DNA of 31,815 nt from Candidatus Thorarchaeota archaeon (GCA_038893995.1 JAWAQK010000026.1:1-31815); one strand, 5' to 3'. Positions 8,929 through 19,030 are shown, counted from the first letter of the stretch. Notes: generated by a model from the letters alone, not told the origin. Numbers and translations: made by a program.

Positions 8929-8936
8929 TCCTCGGC

Positions 8937-9701
8937 CTATATCAGACCCATGTACAATGTGATGACATACATCACAATCGTTGTTCCGAACGGAACGGTC
9001 AGGTTGTCCGTTCCCTTTGGACTGACGAACTCAATGAGAGTCCCTGCAATGGCACCGGACAGTGGCAGAAGGACAAGTGGCAGATAGAGAATCGATCCCC
9101 CCGGCGCGAGGACTCCATAGTTCCAGACTGCAAAGAACAGCGTTGCGACCTGTGCACCAATGTAGCCAAATACTAGGAGCGCCAGAGAGCCGCACAGAGA
9201 CCTCTTGGAGCCGAGTATCCTATAGCAGTGCCCGCCTCCATACTTCATTCCGATGGGTGCTGACATCCCGTCTCCTATCATCATTATGTGAATCCCAGCG
9301 GCGCCCAGAAAATAGTACTGTTCGTTGCCGGTGAATGTAAAGAGCGCAGTTATGATGGTTATGGATACAGCGTACCAGAGCGACCCCCTTACGCTTCCAT
9401 GTTCGAGGTCCTCTGGCCTTGCCATAGCGTGGAAGAACCTCCCGAATCTCTCTGCGGTCATTACTGTCAGCATGATGACAAAGAGCAAGGCGACAAACGT
9501 GGCCACCCACGCATGAGTATAGTACGGGACTGTCCAGATTGCGCCTCCTGCAAAGAGGTGGATGATCTTCCTTGTGAAGTCTGAACCAAGTTCAAGCCTT
9601 CGCCTCCCAAGGTCTCCGACTGTCAGGACGAGGAGAGCGTAGGCAACTGCAATCACGAACACGGTCAGGTCGTTGAGGTCAATCGCCAGTTCCAACTGCA
9701 A
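8937..9701 (-). CDS. CTP-dependent polyprenol/dolichol/phytol kinase (SEC59/DGK1/VTE5 family)
   Basis: TRKIIH, IGDGMSAPIGMKYG, KRSLCGSLA, EFVSPKGTDNLTVP motifs in a multi-TM protein. Confidence 0.9.
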   Translation of the reverse strand: MQLELAIDLNDLTVFVIAVAYALLVLTVGDLGRRRLELGSDFTRKIIHLFAGGAIWTVPYYTHAWVATFVALLFVIMLTVMTAERFGRFFHAMARPEDLEHGSVRGSLWYAVSITIITALFTFTGNEQYYFLGAAGIHIMMIGDGMSAPIGMKYGGGHCYRILGSKRSLCGSLALLVFGYIGAQVATLFFAVWNYGVLAPGGSILYLPLVLLPLSGAIAGTLIEFVSPKGTDNLTVPFGTTIVMYVITLYMGLI

Positions 9702-9760
9702 CGTGATGACTCTCCTGAGTCTGACCCTCGGTGGGTGACGAAAATAGTTTTCGGAAACAA

Positions 9761-10561
9761 CTAGGCGTCGTCAGACTCCACTAGTGCACCGGTCCTCCTG
9801 GCGAGCGCACTGATTGCCTCCTGAACGAGAGATCTGGACCTCTCAGTCGTATCGCATCTCGCAGAGACCCAGACTCTGATAGTGTCTGAAGTACCGTACG
9901 GTCTCGGCATCGACTTGATGTATACCCCGGGATACTGAGTCATGACATCGTGAATTGCGGGCGCCAATACGGTCTCGTCGCTGGCCCCGAGTCGGACCAC
10001 TGTCTCGAAGTATCCCTCGCCAGTAGCGAGAAGCCCTGTCACGTGCGCGTCGAACATGGCCTTGAGCTCTGCGGGGACTCCTGGAAGACAGATGATTGTC
10101 TTCTGTTCCCGCTTCAGGACTATTCCGGGAGCTCCTCCCACACTATTGTCAATGGGTGTCGCGCCCCCCGGCAGCATGGCCATCTTTCTCCTTGAATCGA
10201 TGTAGTCTGGAGTATCAACGAGCCCCCTCTCATACAGTATTCGATACTGTCTCTTGACGATCTCGGCGGCAACTGGATGCTCCACCAGGTTGACACCACA
10301 GAACTTGGCCACTCCTGCAAGAGTCAGGTCGTCATGGGTCGGGCCAAGTCCTCCAGAGGTGATGGCGACATTGCAGACCTCCAAGATGAATGCGAGTCCG
10401 CTCACTATCTCTGTGATATCGTCTCGGACCGTCACGACGCGCCGGGTGATGATTCCCATACTGGTGAGCCTCTTCTGTATCCAGTTGGTGTTTGTATCCA
10501 GTACGAGGCCGTCCAGTATCTCGTTGCCCACGACCAGGATTCCAACGGACATACCATTCAT
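9761..10561 (-). CDS. CinA-like / molybdopterin-binding (MoCF_biosynth) domain protein, short archaeal form
   Basis: VGNEILDGLVLDTN, TSGGLGPTHDDLT, RRKMAMLP, GGAPG, LPGVPAELKAMF, then ETVLAP...YIKSMP. No PncC domain. Confidence 0.9.
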   Translation of the reverse strand: MNGMSVGILVVGNEILDGLVLDTNTNWIQKRLTSMGIITRRVVTVRDDITEIVSGLAFILEVCNVAITSGGLGPTHDDLTLAGVAKFCGVNLVEHPVAAEIVKRQYRILYERGLVDTPDYIDSRRKMAMLPGGATPIDNSVGGAPGIVLKREQKTIICLPGVPAELKAMFDAHVTGLLATGEGYFETVVRLGASDETVLAPAIHDVMTQYPGVYIKSMPRPYGTSDTIRVWVSARCDTTERSRSLVQEAISALARRTGALVESDDA

Positions 10562-10578
10562 GCTCTAGTCCCCCAGGA

Positions 10579-11238
10579 CTACCTGACCTGTTCGAGTTCT
10601 GCATCCAGCATCCTGCTGAGTTCCAGTATATGACCCAGCCTCTGATTGGCCATCATTCGACCTGCCTTCGTATGCATCGACGAGGCGATTCTGTGGGCAA
10701 GCGGAAGGAAGTCCCTCAGCTCACGTGCTAGGTCCTCTGTGCTCATGCCCGGCCTCAGCCTGAGCGCGTTCACGAGGTAGTGTATGAATCCCGAGACACC
10801 AAGCTTGACTATCTTGTCGGCCTCCCAGAGGGCCTGTGCCTCGGGCGATGCCAGTGGTCCATTAAGAGTCAGTCCAACATGTGCCTCAATGGTCTTGCAG
10901 ATGCGGTCGATGTCGTGGGGACTTACCCCCTGCGACGCCAGTATCTCCCTGGCTCTCTCTGCACTCTCCCGACCATGGTCTTCTGGACCACCAATGTCTG
11001 GCTTTGAGATGTCGTGGAGCCATGCCGCCAGGGTGACAATGCGTTGGTCGGCTCCACTATCGGCCGCGATCTTCTTTGCAAGAGCAACGACCATTCCAAC
11101 ATGGTCCTCACGGTAGTTGAATAATGGAGGGCCACCCGGCGATTGAGCAGTTCGCCATCCCTCTTGAGATGCAACACGAGTAGACTCGCTCAGGAGTCGT
11201 TGCAGATAGGACTCGAGTCCTGAATCGTCCGGTCGCAT
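10579..11238 (-). CDS. HD-domain phosphohydrolase
   Basis: H(VGMV)...AAWLHDISK...DHG...H...EADKI metal-binding pattern. Confidence 0.9.
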   Translation of the reverse strand: MRPDDSGLESYLQRLLSESTRVASQEGWRTAQSPGGPPLFNYREDHVGMVVALAKKIAADSGADQRIVTLAAWLHDISKPDIGGPEDHGRESAERAREILASQGVSPHDIDRICKTIEAHVGLTLNGPLASPEAQALWEADKIVKLGVSGFIHYLVNALRLRPGMSTEDLARELRDFLPLAHRIASSMHTKAGRMMANQRLGHILELSRMLDAELEQVR

Positions 11239-11275
11239 TAGGACTCACCTGATCGCTGCTGTCGGTCGCCCTGCC

Positions 11276-11290
11276 GAAAACCTTTATGAA
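11276..11290 (+). promoter_or_regulatory. BRE/TATA promoter of wecC (probably leaderless transcript)
   Basis: GAAAACC followed by TTTATGAA ends 21 nt before ATG 11312. Confidence 0.55.
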
Positions 11291-11311
11291 GTGACCGACC
11301 ACAGGCCACTC

Positions 11312-12652
11312 ATGGACGGCGAGAGCGCCAACAGGCTGCTCAGGCTGATCAGGAGTCGAGAGGCCACAGTGGGTGTGGTTGGCCTGGGTTACATAGGCCT
11401 CCCGACTGCGTCTATCCTGGCTGATGTCGGATTCACGGTCCTCGGTATGGACGTTGATCCCAAGAAGGTCACCGCTCTGAACTCTGGCGAGTGCTATATC
11501 AAGGAGGACAGACTCGCCGAGATCATCTCCTCCGTGGTCCGTCAAGGTCGTCTGAGCGCCGTCGCAGACTATGGCAGTCTTGTCAAGTGCAATGTACTGA
11601 TCTTCTGCGTCCAGACGCCGTCCAGTCCTGATGGCAGTCCCGATCTATCATTTCTGTTCAGTGCCGTCAACGGAGTGATTCCTCACGCAAGGACACCGTT
11701 GCTCGTGATATGCGAGAGCACAGTCCCTCCGGGGACAACTCAGAGGGTACTTGACGAGTTTGTCAGTCGACGCGGTCTGGTCCCCGACAGAGACATCTGG
11801 GTCGCACACTGTCCCGAGAGGGTGCTGCCAGGCCACGTGATTGAGGAGTTCAGGAACAACAGCAGGGTCATTGGCGGGGTGACGGAGAGTTCTGCTGCGA
11901 TGGCAAGACTGCTCTACGAGTCGTTCCTGCCTCCTGACAAGATAGTCACCACGACCAGTACTGTGTCGGAGTTTGCCAAGCTGGCAGAGAACACCTTCAG
12001 AGATGTCAACATCTCTCTGGCCAACGAGCTCGCGAAAATTGCAGACAGCCTTCAGGTGGACATATCAGAGGTCATACGAATCGCCAACATGCATCCGAGG
12101 GTGAACATTCACACGCCGGGGGTTGGGGTCGGAGGACACTGTCTGCCGAAGGATCCGCTACTACTGACCAGTACAAGTGCTGGTCATGGATTTACGCCTG
12201 AGCTGATACCGCTGGCCAGACGTATCAATTCCGACATGCCCCGCTATGTTGTTCATCGACTTAGCAATGTCCTCACCTCGGAGGGTCGTGACCTGAGGGG
12301 CCTTAGAGTTCTGGTACTTGGAACGAGTTTCAAGGAGAATGTCGATGACACGCGAAACTCGCCCTCGATGGACCTCATAGCGCTCCTCCGTGCTGCTGGC
12401 GCAATTGTCAAGGCCAACGATCCCTATAGCTGTGAGCGATTTGGAGCAGACGACACGGGTCTCGAAGAGGGCATCAACTGGGCAGACGTGATCATCCTTG
12501 CTGTTGCACATCGAGAGTATCTGGTCAGACTTCCCCTGATTGACATGAGTTCAAAGGTCTTCGTGGATGGCCGAAATGCTATCCGGGCTGGTGCCATCAA
12601 TGCTCGACTCTACTTTGGTGTGGGAAGGCCGGTGACCAGGTCCGGGAACTAG
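11312..12652 (+). CDS. wecC: Nucleotide-sugar dehydrogenase, UDP-N-acetyl-D-mannosamine dehydrogenase-like
   Basis: GLGYIGLP Rossmann motif, ESTVPPGTT, PERVLPG, KLAENTFRDVNI, HPRVNIHTPGVGVGGHCLPKDP, FKENVDDTRNSP. Start placed at ATG 11312 from the promoter position (the track uses GTG 11291). Confidence 0.92.
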   Translation: MDGESANRLLRLIRSREATVGVVGLGYIGLPTASILADVGFTVLGMDVDPKKVTALNSGECYIKEDRLAEIISSVVRQGRLSAVADYGSLVKCNVLIFCVQTPSSPDGSPDLSFLFSAVNGVIPHARTPLLVICESTVPPGTTQRVLDEFVSRRGLVPDRDIWVAHCPERVLPGHVIEEFRNNSRVIGGVTESSAAMARLLYESFLPPDKIVTTTSTVSEFAKLAENTFRDVNISLANELAKIADSLQVDISEVIRIANMHPRVNIHTPGVGVGGHCLPKDPLLLTSTSAGHGFTPELIPLARRINSDMPRYVVHRLSNVLTSEGRDLRGLRVLVLGTSFKENVDDTRNSPSMDLIALLRAAGAIVKANDPYSCERFGADDTGLEEGINWADVIILAVAHREYLVRLPLIDMSSKVFVDGRNAIRAGAINARLYFGVGRPVTRSGN

Positions 12653-13513
12653 GTCCGGGCGGTCCCTAGCAGTCGAGATGAGAAAGGCTGACCAGGGGAT
12701 AGCGATTGCCGCTCTTGCCAATGAGAGCATCATCGATGGTCTAGGAAGACTGCGGTACAGCTTGAGGTAGTCGCGAGGGGTCGTCTTCTTGTAGCTGGTC
12801 AGGACGATCGAATCATCGCCCTCGGGTATGACCTTGCACCCACACTCGATGGCCTCCATGGCCTTCTTCGAGAGTGCATCAATTCCCTTGTAGTCGAAAT
12901 AGTACTCGAACCTTGAGAGAAATGCCAGCATCTCAGCACTGGGAATGGACTCTCCCTTCCTACAGTCAACAACGGTGAGTTCCAACCCCCTTCTCCTGCA
13001 GTACTCCCGGGCGTCATCTGTCCTGTCCTTGCGTACGTCCTTTCCGATGATCAGTAGCGCCGTACCCGCCTTCCGTCCCCCCATGTAGTGAAAGCGGGGT
13101 GGTGTTGGGCATCCATACCACTCACCGAACCTCTAAAGGTCCGGCGTCGAGACAATCACCTTGTCAGCAAGTAGTCTGACATCGATATGGACAGACTCCC
13201 TATCTCTGACGTCGTCCCCGTGGTACTGCATGACCATGGGTAAGTGAGGTGCGCCTGCTCTCGCGATGGTGAGTGCTCGCAGGTTGCAGCTGACATGGAT
13301 GTGTGTGGGTCGCATCCTGCGAATTGTGGACAGAATACCCGTGTAGAACTCACGCAGCGTATCGAACAGAACACTGGTCTTGGAGATGCTGGTCCTTCCG
13401 TATCTGTCATAGGCCGAATGCATCAGGACGGCCGACTCGTGGCCCTGTTCATTGAGCCACTCCGCCACCGGAGTCATTGCCCCAGCAGTGTCCCAGATGA
13501 ATAGGATCCTCAT
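12551..13513 (-). pseudogene. Short GT-B (GT4-like) glycosyltransferase interrupted by one in-frame TAG at 13135-13133
   Basis: ORFs 13133..13513 and 12551..13084 share a frame: ...VIVSTPDL-TAG-RFGEWYGCPTPPRFHY-MGGRK... The N-terminus is MRILFIWD...YHGDDVR and the C-half has LSKKAMEAIECGCKVI, a GT4 E-A-x-x-C-G-like motif. Confidence 0.7.
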
Positions 13514-13569
13514 TGCATTCCTCCGTCGCTGGTGGCAGAGCTGCCTAGCAGTCCATAGGCAGTCCTGAA

Positions 13570-15261
13570 TCAGTCATGTCTGTGGTCTGACTCAGCCCTG
13601 GGCTCACCAGGAGATGAATCCTGCAGGTCACCACTGGGTACGATGGCCTCCAGTCGTACAATTAATCCTTTCGACATCCACCATACGGGCGGTATAACTC
13701 TGATCACCGAGGCGAAATTCTTCAGTTCTGTGGGTCCGAGGACACGGGTACGGATCGCCAGGTACATGTATGCGTACCACAGAGGGATCAGCAGCATGCA
13801 TGTCCCTCCTGCTATTACGACGTCGGGGACTGGCAGATCTCTGGCCAGAGCACCGACAATTGTGACAAGGATCCACATGATCAGTGTGAAGCCCACTCCC
13901 AGTACCATACTTCCTATGACTGACTTCTGGTCTACGACGATCTCATGCTTCCTCCGGGAGTAGACATGCATCAGCGCAAAGTGTGCAAGGTAGCTGATCC
14001 AGACAAGCGGGATGGCGACAACGCCAATGAGGGGTGCGAGAGTGACAATCCACAATGTCTGGAATAGTATCTGTGTCAGACTCGAGTAGACCATGCCGCG
14101 AACATCATCGACCGAGAAGAACAGGTTGTAGTACAGACCGGGGATCACCACGGCCATCTGTTCGAAAGACATCACCCTCAGATAGTATGCTGACGGAACG
14201 GAGTCTGCACCATACAGAACTCTGAGTATTGGTTCAGCAAATACGAAGACGGTCGCAAACAGAAATGCGGAGAGGGGCAACAGAGCTCTAGAGCTCTCTC
14301 TGAATTTCCTTCGTATCTCATCCCTGCGACCAATGCCGTACTCGAGTGCGAGGTTCGGGCCAAGCACAACCAGGGGCGCCGCAGCCAGTGTCCTCACAGT
14401 TTCACTGACACTCTGAGCGATCGAGTAGTATCCAACATCCTCGTTCGTTCCATATCCTGCCGGGCTGATCCATATGGTGGTGGCATTGTTGAGGTTTGCT
14501 ACTGCTATTGTCCCAACCAGCCCGACGAGGGAGACCCTGACGATCTTGGCAATGATCTCGCGGCCTGGGTTGAATCCCCAGGGGATGGAGTTCTCTCTCA
14601 TCAGTGAGGCCAAGACACCAAGACCGTAGGCCGCGCATATGACTGCCAGCACCAGATTGAGGGCTAGCACACTGAGAATGCTGATACCCCCATAGATGAA
14701 GAGGGCGATGAGAGAACCAGTCCTAATGAGGTTGTAGACTATGTCAATGTACACGGCATATCTTACCCGCTGGACACCCCAGAAGGCGGCTCTTGCCATG
14801 CGTAGGTAGGCGGTCGGAAGGATCGTGATCAGAATGATGACCCAATAGAACCTAAGTGCCTCAAGTGTGAGGCCCTCCTCAAGTGCATCCTGCAGGAGCA
14901 AGACATCCAGCATTAGAAGGGTACTCAGCAGGATCACCGCTAGACTGGTGACAGTAGAAACGAGTACGGAGAATCCTATTGTCCTGCCAATCTTCAGGCG
15001 GTCCGTGATGTACTCGGGGATAACTCTCACAATTGCGCCATTGATGCCAAGTAGCGCCAGGGGCAAGAGTATCGCATTTGCGTTGCTGAGTATCCTCACG
15101 ACCGCGTATTCGTCAATTGACCAGAATCCGAACCTTATGGCTCTCCACAGGATCACCGAGGAGACAACTCCCCCGACGAGGGCAAGGGTCCTCGATATCG
15201 ACTCGAAGACAACGTTCTTGCTGAATCTGTCGCGCTGAACGACCTCCTGTGTCTGGACCAA
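13570..15261 (-). CDS. Oligosaccharide flippase (MOP superfamily, Wzx/RfbX/AglR-like)
   Basis: About 14 TM segments, LLGINGAIVRVIPEY, DVGYYSIAQ, FAEPILRVLYG...YLRVM. Likely start TTG 15261 after GGAGG (the track starts at 15330). Confidence 0.9.
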   Translation of the reverse strand: MVQTQEVVQRDRFSKNVVFESISRTLALVGGVVSSVILWRAIRFGFWSIDEYAVVRILSNANAILLPLALLGINGAIVRVIPEYITDRLKIGRTIGFSVLVSTVTSLAVILLSTLLMLDVLLLQDALEEGLTLEALRFYWVIILITILPTAYLRMARAAFWGVQRVRYAVYIDIVYNLIRTGSLIALFIYGGISILSVLALNLVLAVICAAYGLGVLASLMRENSIPWGFNPGREIIAKIVRVSLVGLVGTIAVANLNNATTIWISPAGYGTNEDVGYYSIAQSVSETVRTLAAAPLVVLGPNLALEYGIGRRDEIRRKFRESSRALLPLSAFLFATVFVFAEPILRVLYGADSVPSAYYLRVMSFEQMAVVIPGLYYNLFFSVDDVRGMVYSSLTQILFQTLWIVTLAPLIGVVAIPLVWISYLAHFALMHVYSRRKHEIVVDQKSVIGSMVLGVGFTLIMWILVTIVGALARDLPVPDVVIAGGTCMLLIPLWYAYMYLAIRTRVLGPTELKNFASVIRVIPPVWWMSKGLIVRLEAIVPSGDLQDSSPGEPRAESDHRHD

Positions 15262-15401
15262 GAACAAGATCCTCCAGCTGACGTTGGCTACGGCGGTCCT
15301 GATATTAGGTTTGTGTGGAGGCACCTGCAACGCCTGCGGTCTTCCTGCGCATGGAATCGGAACTGTTAAGACTCATACGTCTTGCAGTCAGATGAGTCCA
15401 G

Positions 15402-17339
15402 ATGTGTGGCATCGTAGCTGTGTACATGAGGAGGCCCGACAACAGACTGAGCCGGCTACTCTCAAAAGCCACTGATATCATGAGTCATCGAGGCCCTGAT
15501 GGTCGTGGGTTCTACGCGGATGACAGGGTCCTTCTCGGTCACAGGAGGCTTGCCATTGTTGACCTTGGAGAGGGAGGCAGCCAGCCCAAGACATCCTCCA
15601 ACGGTATGGTTCACATAGTCTACAATGGCGAGGTGTACAACTACATCGAGATCAGAGATGAACTCAGGAAACGAGGTTGTGTCTTCAGTACGCAGTCAGA
15701 CACGGAGGTCCTGCTGGAGGCGTTTGCCCTGGAGGGCCCCGCGTGTCTGAGTCGGATGAATGGCATGTTCGGGTTTGTGGTCTGGGATACACGGACCCAT
15801 ACCATGTACGCTGTCAGAGACCGATACGGAGTCAAGCCCCTCTACTACCTCAAGAGCGATGGTTTCGTGGCCTTCGCCTCGGAGATCAAGGCCCTGCTAC
15901 CCTTCATTGATGTGTTGCAACCGAATGACCCCATCATCTACGACTACCTACATCACAACTGTGTTGATCACACGGATGAGTCCTTCTTTCTTGGAATCCA
16001 CAGGGTGCCCGCAGGTCACTACGTCATGGTCACTGAAATGGACTTTCGTGTTATCCCGTGGTATGATCTCAGGGCCGCCGTGGCCCAGAAGGTCCGAGAG
16101 CTGGCCTCAGGGCGTTGTTCCGCCAGAGACAATGTAGAACGGTTCCGTGAGCTGTTCATCAACTCTGTGAGACTTCGGCTTCGGAGTGACGTTCCAGTTG
16201 GATCTTGCCTGAGCGGGGGCATTGACTCATCAAGCATAGTCTGCGTTGCAGTCAGCCTTCTTGGCGACAAGGCGCCTGGTACGTTCCAGACCTACACAGC
16301 ATCATACGGACGCGGCTTCGCGAGTGACGAGAGCCGCTATGTGAAGCTGCTCACGAATCATCTGGGTATCAACGCTAACTTCATCCATCCTACTGTGGAC
16401 GATCTGAATGACCTCTTTGCTGACTTCATATACTGCCAAGAGGAGCCTGTCACATCGACAAGCCCCTTCTCCCAGTACATGGTCATGAGACTGGCCCATA
16501 GCAAGGGCGCAAAGGTACTCCTGGACGGTCAGGGTGCAGACGAGATACTGGCCGGATATCACTACTTCCTGGGGCAGTTCCTTGCAGAGCTACTTCGAAG
16601 AGGGCGGCTTGTCAGGTTTCTGAAGGAACTGGCACCGTTGGTCAGACGCAGAAACGTAATTGCACTGAAGGCTCTCATGAGCCATCTTCTTCCACACTCA
16701 GTCCGGCTTGCTGCATCTGCCAGGCCCCATCAACTGCTAGACCGCTCCTTTGTGAAACGAAATGTTGGCCGACGTGCTGTCGAGAAGTTCCTACTCGATC
16801 CACGTGGTCTGAACAACAGTCTCGTGAATCACATACTGTTTAGGATACAACACCTACTGCGATGGGAGGACCGAAACTCTATGGCCTTCTCCATCGAGAC
16901 AAGGGTCCCCTTCATGGACTACCAGCTTCTGGCATACACGCTGGCCCTACCGCCTGAGTATAAGATACGAGGCGGGATCACAAAGTGGGTATTGAGAGAG
17001 TCCCTCAGAGACATGGTGCCTGCCCGAATATTGGGAAGGACCGATAAGATCGGGTTCGCCACTCCTGAACGCTACTGGGCATCTCATCATGACTTCCGGC
17101 TACTCAAGGATCTCCGTGATTCTCCTCATCCCATGCTGGCAAGATACGTAGACATGAAAAGACTCTCTTCAGTCCTCTCCGGGGACGTGTCGCAGATGAG
17201 CACGAGGACATGGCAGCTCGTCTTCAGGATCATGTGCCTTGACTGCTGGTTCAAGTTGTTCTTTCCAGCAGGACCGGGCGGAGTCATACTGCCACCCTGT
17301 GACCGGCCCCTGCGTCATACCGGCGCACGACGAGTCTAG
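15402..17339 (+). CDS. asnB: Asparagine synthase (glutamine-hydrolysing) family amidotransferase, probably glycan-modifying
   Basis: MCGI N-terminal nucleophile, HRGPD, LGHRRLAIVDL, YNGEVYNY, RDRYGVKPLYY, CLSGGIDSS, LDGQGADE, EDRNSMAFSIETRVPF, KIGF. Confidence 0.95.
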   Translation: MCGIVAVYMRRPDNRLSRLLSKATDIMSHRGPDGRGFYADDRVLLGHRRLAIVDLGEGGSQPKTSSNGMVHIVYNGEVYNYIEIRDELRKRGCVFSTQSDTEVLLEAFALEGPACLSRMNGMFGFVVWDTRTHTMYAVRDRYGVKPLYYLKSDGFVAFASEIKALLPFIDVLQPNDPIIYDYLHHNCVDHTDESFFLGIHRVPAGHYVMVTEMDFRVIPWYDLRAAVAQKVRELASGRCSARDNVERFRELFINSVRLRLRSDVPVGSCLSGGIDSSSIVCVAVSLLGDKAPGTFQTYTASYGRGFASDESRYVKLLTNHLGINANFIHPTVDDLNDLFADFIYCQEEPVTSTSPFSQYMVMRLAHSKGAKVLLDGQGADEILAGYHYFLGQFLAELLRRGRLVRFLKELAPLVRRRNVIALKALMSHLLPHSVRLAASARPHQLLDRSFVKRNVGRRAVEKFLLDPRGLNNSLVNHILFRIQHLLRWEDRNSMAFSIETRVPFMDYQLLAYTLALPPEYKIRGGITKWVLRESLRDMVPARILGRTDKIGFATPERYWASHHDFRLLKDLRDSPHPMLARYVDMKRLSSVLSGDVSQMSTRTWQLVFRIMCLDCWFKLFFPAGPGGVILPPCDRPLRHTGARRV

Positions 17340-17399
17340 AGCCCCTAGTTGAGCCCCAGAATAGTCCCCCTGCGAGGCTGATACCCAGCGGAACCTGAC

Positions 17400-18395
17400 T
17401 CATTTTCTGAGCGCCCTCTCGCAGGCCTCGAGAATGGTTTTCTCGTTCAGCTCCCAGACATAGTTCCTCTGGGCATGACCTGCAATCTCTTCAGGGTCAA
17501 TGTCTGGAAGATTACGGATCAGGTCTGGGAGTTCTGAGTAATCGTCATACGAGTGGACGAACTTCAGGTGCTGGAATCGTCTTGCCAGCTGACGGTTCAT
17601 GATGACCTGCAGACCGGCATGGAAATACTCGTAGTTCCTGTTCTGGTCCTTGTAGAGGTGCACCAGATGGAACCGCCATGGCGTCAGGCCCACTCTGTAC
17701 TGAGTGAGTCTCTCCATCATCTGCCTGTGCGGGAGACCACATATGACGTCAAACTCCACATGGCCCCTCAGTCCAGTCATGTCTCGGATTGGACTGAATC
17801 TGTTTCTCCGAAAGTCACATCCTGAGTAGACGACACCCTGTCGAGGCTGCCTTAGATTGAGTCCCCTCACCATGTCCATCAGCGGGTAGTTCGGAACGAC
17901 TCCTACCCATTCCGTGTACTTTCTGTATTCCTCCGCCACTGCCTCGTGAGTGACAATTGTGACGAACTTGGAAACTATTTGCCTCTCCCATCGGGGGACG
18001 AGGTACCGGAATGGTGCAGACCGCACCCTCATCGGAAGATCCTTTGTATAGCTGGGGTCCGACTTGACTGACATCGACCAGTATTCGTGATCGTCGTATA
18101 CGAGAGGTATTCTTGAGTCGATGAAGTCCTTTGCACTCACAATGTTGTTGGCGACTATGATATCTGGTCGCACCGACTCCACGATCTTACGAAGCCTGTG
18201 TCGCCTACTCAGGTCGAACACAGTCTTCACGTATCCGCCGTGCGAGTAGGTGTGAAGCTTGTCAAAGGCACCCAGATATTGTCTTGACTCTGGACCCACG
18301 AAGTGATTCTCGTGTCCATGCTTTCTGAGTGTCCATGCAGTCTTCTCGACACGCATGTCAGGAAGCGCATTGTTAGACACGTGAAGAATCCTCAA
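17400..18395 (-). CDS. Divergent GT-B glycosyltransferase (paralogue of 24167..25186)
   Basis: LRILHV...DMRVEKTA...RPDIIVANN...LVYDDHEYW...VVPNYP...YFHAGLQVI...NYVWE. Likely start TTG 18395 after GAGGAG. Confidence 0.8.
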   Translation of the reverse strand: MRILHVSNNALPDMRVEKTAWTLRKHGHENHFVGPESRQYLGAFDKLHTYSHGGYVKTVFDLSRRHRLRKIVESVRPDIIVANNIVSAKDFIDSRIPLVYDDHEYWSMSVKSDPSYTKDLPMRVRSAPFRYLVPRWERQIVSKFVTIVTHEAVAEEYRKYTEWVGVVPNYPLMDMVRGLNLRQPRQGVVYSGCDFRRNRFSPIRDMTGLRGHVEFDVICGLPHRQMMERLTQYRVGLTPWRFHLVHLYKDQNRNYEYFHAGLQVIMNRQLARRFQHLKFVHSYDDYSELPDLIRNLPDIDPEEIAGHAQRNYVWELNEKTILEACERALRK

Positions 18396-18905
18396 GGCAA
18401 TCTCCTCTGGAATTCTACGAGTTCCATCACCGCGATCGAAGACACTCGACCCCATGACTGAGGCCAGGTGGATCGCTTGATGCGTACTTCATGGTCGTCT
18501 TATGAGTATCACCATTCCGATTGTCGAGGATCAACACTATCAGCAACCGGACTCACCAGAGGGGCCAATTGACTCTCCGGTCATGAGGTTTTCTGTTTCG
18601 CCTGGCCGCAGAGACAGGGGATCTGTTGTAGCTTTCCGTTGAGATTGTTCAGTATGGCCCGATGTCCCGGATGCGTTAGTCTGACATGGTGCACTCCGAG
18701 ATTGATGGCCGCCTCGAGAGAACGGTTCCGGGTCAGGGCTCTCTGGCTTGTTCCTGCCGTCAGTATTCTTGGTCCCTCCGCTGCTGATGGAGCGCATGGA
18801 CGCCTTGCTGATTGGCCGTCTGCCCGTCGATTCACAGTCAAGACATCTAGAACCAAAGTCTGATCCCGTCGGGCCACCAGCCTGGCCTATCTCCACACGT
18901 GGTAC

Positions 18906-18924
18906 ACAGAAAAAGTATTTAGAA
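18906..18924 (+). promoter_or_regulatory. Putative BRE/TATA element upstream of the GT-C gene
   Basis: CAGAAAAAGTATTTAGAA is the clearest AT-rich tract in this intergenic region. Confidence 0.4.
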
Positions 18925-19030
18925 GCGTGACAGGGCGTCCGCTTCATCCAGTCCGGATCTATTGCTGATTCCACAATCATGAGTCCAGCTATGATGACAC
19001 ATCGACATCACTTGGTGGTGCGAACACAAC

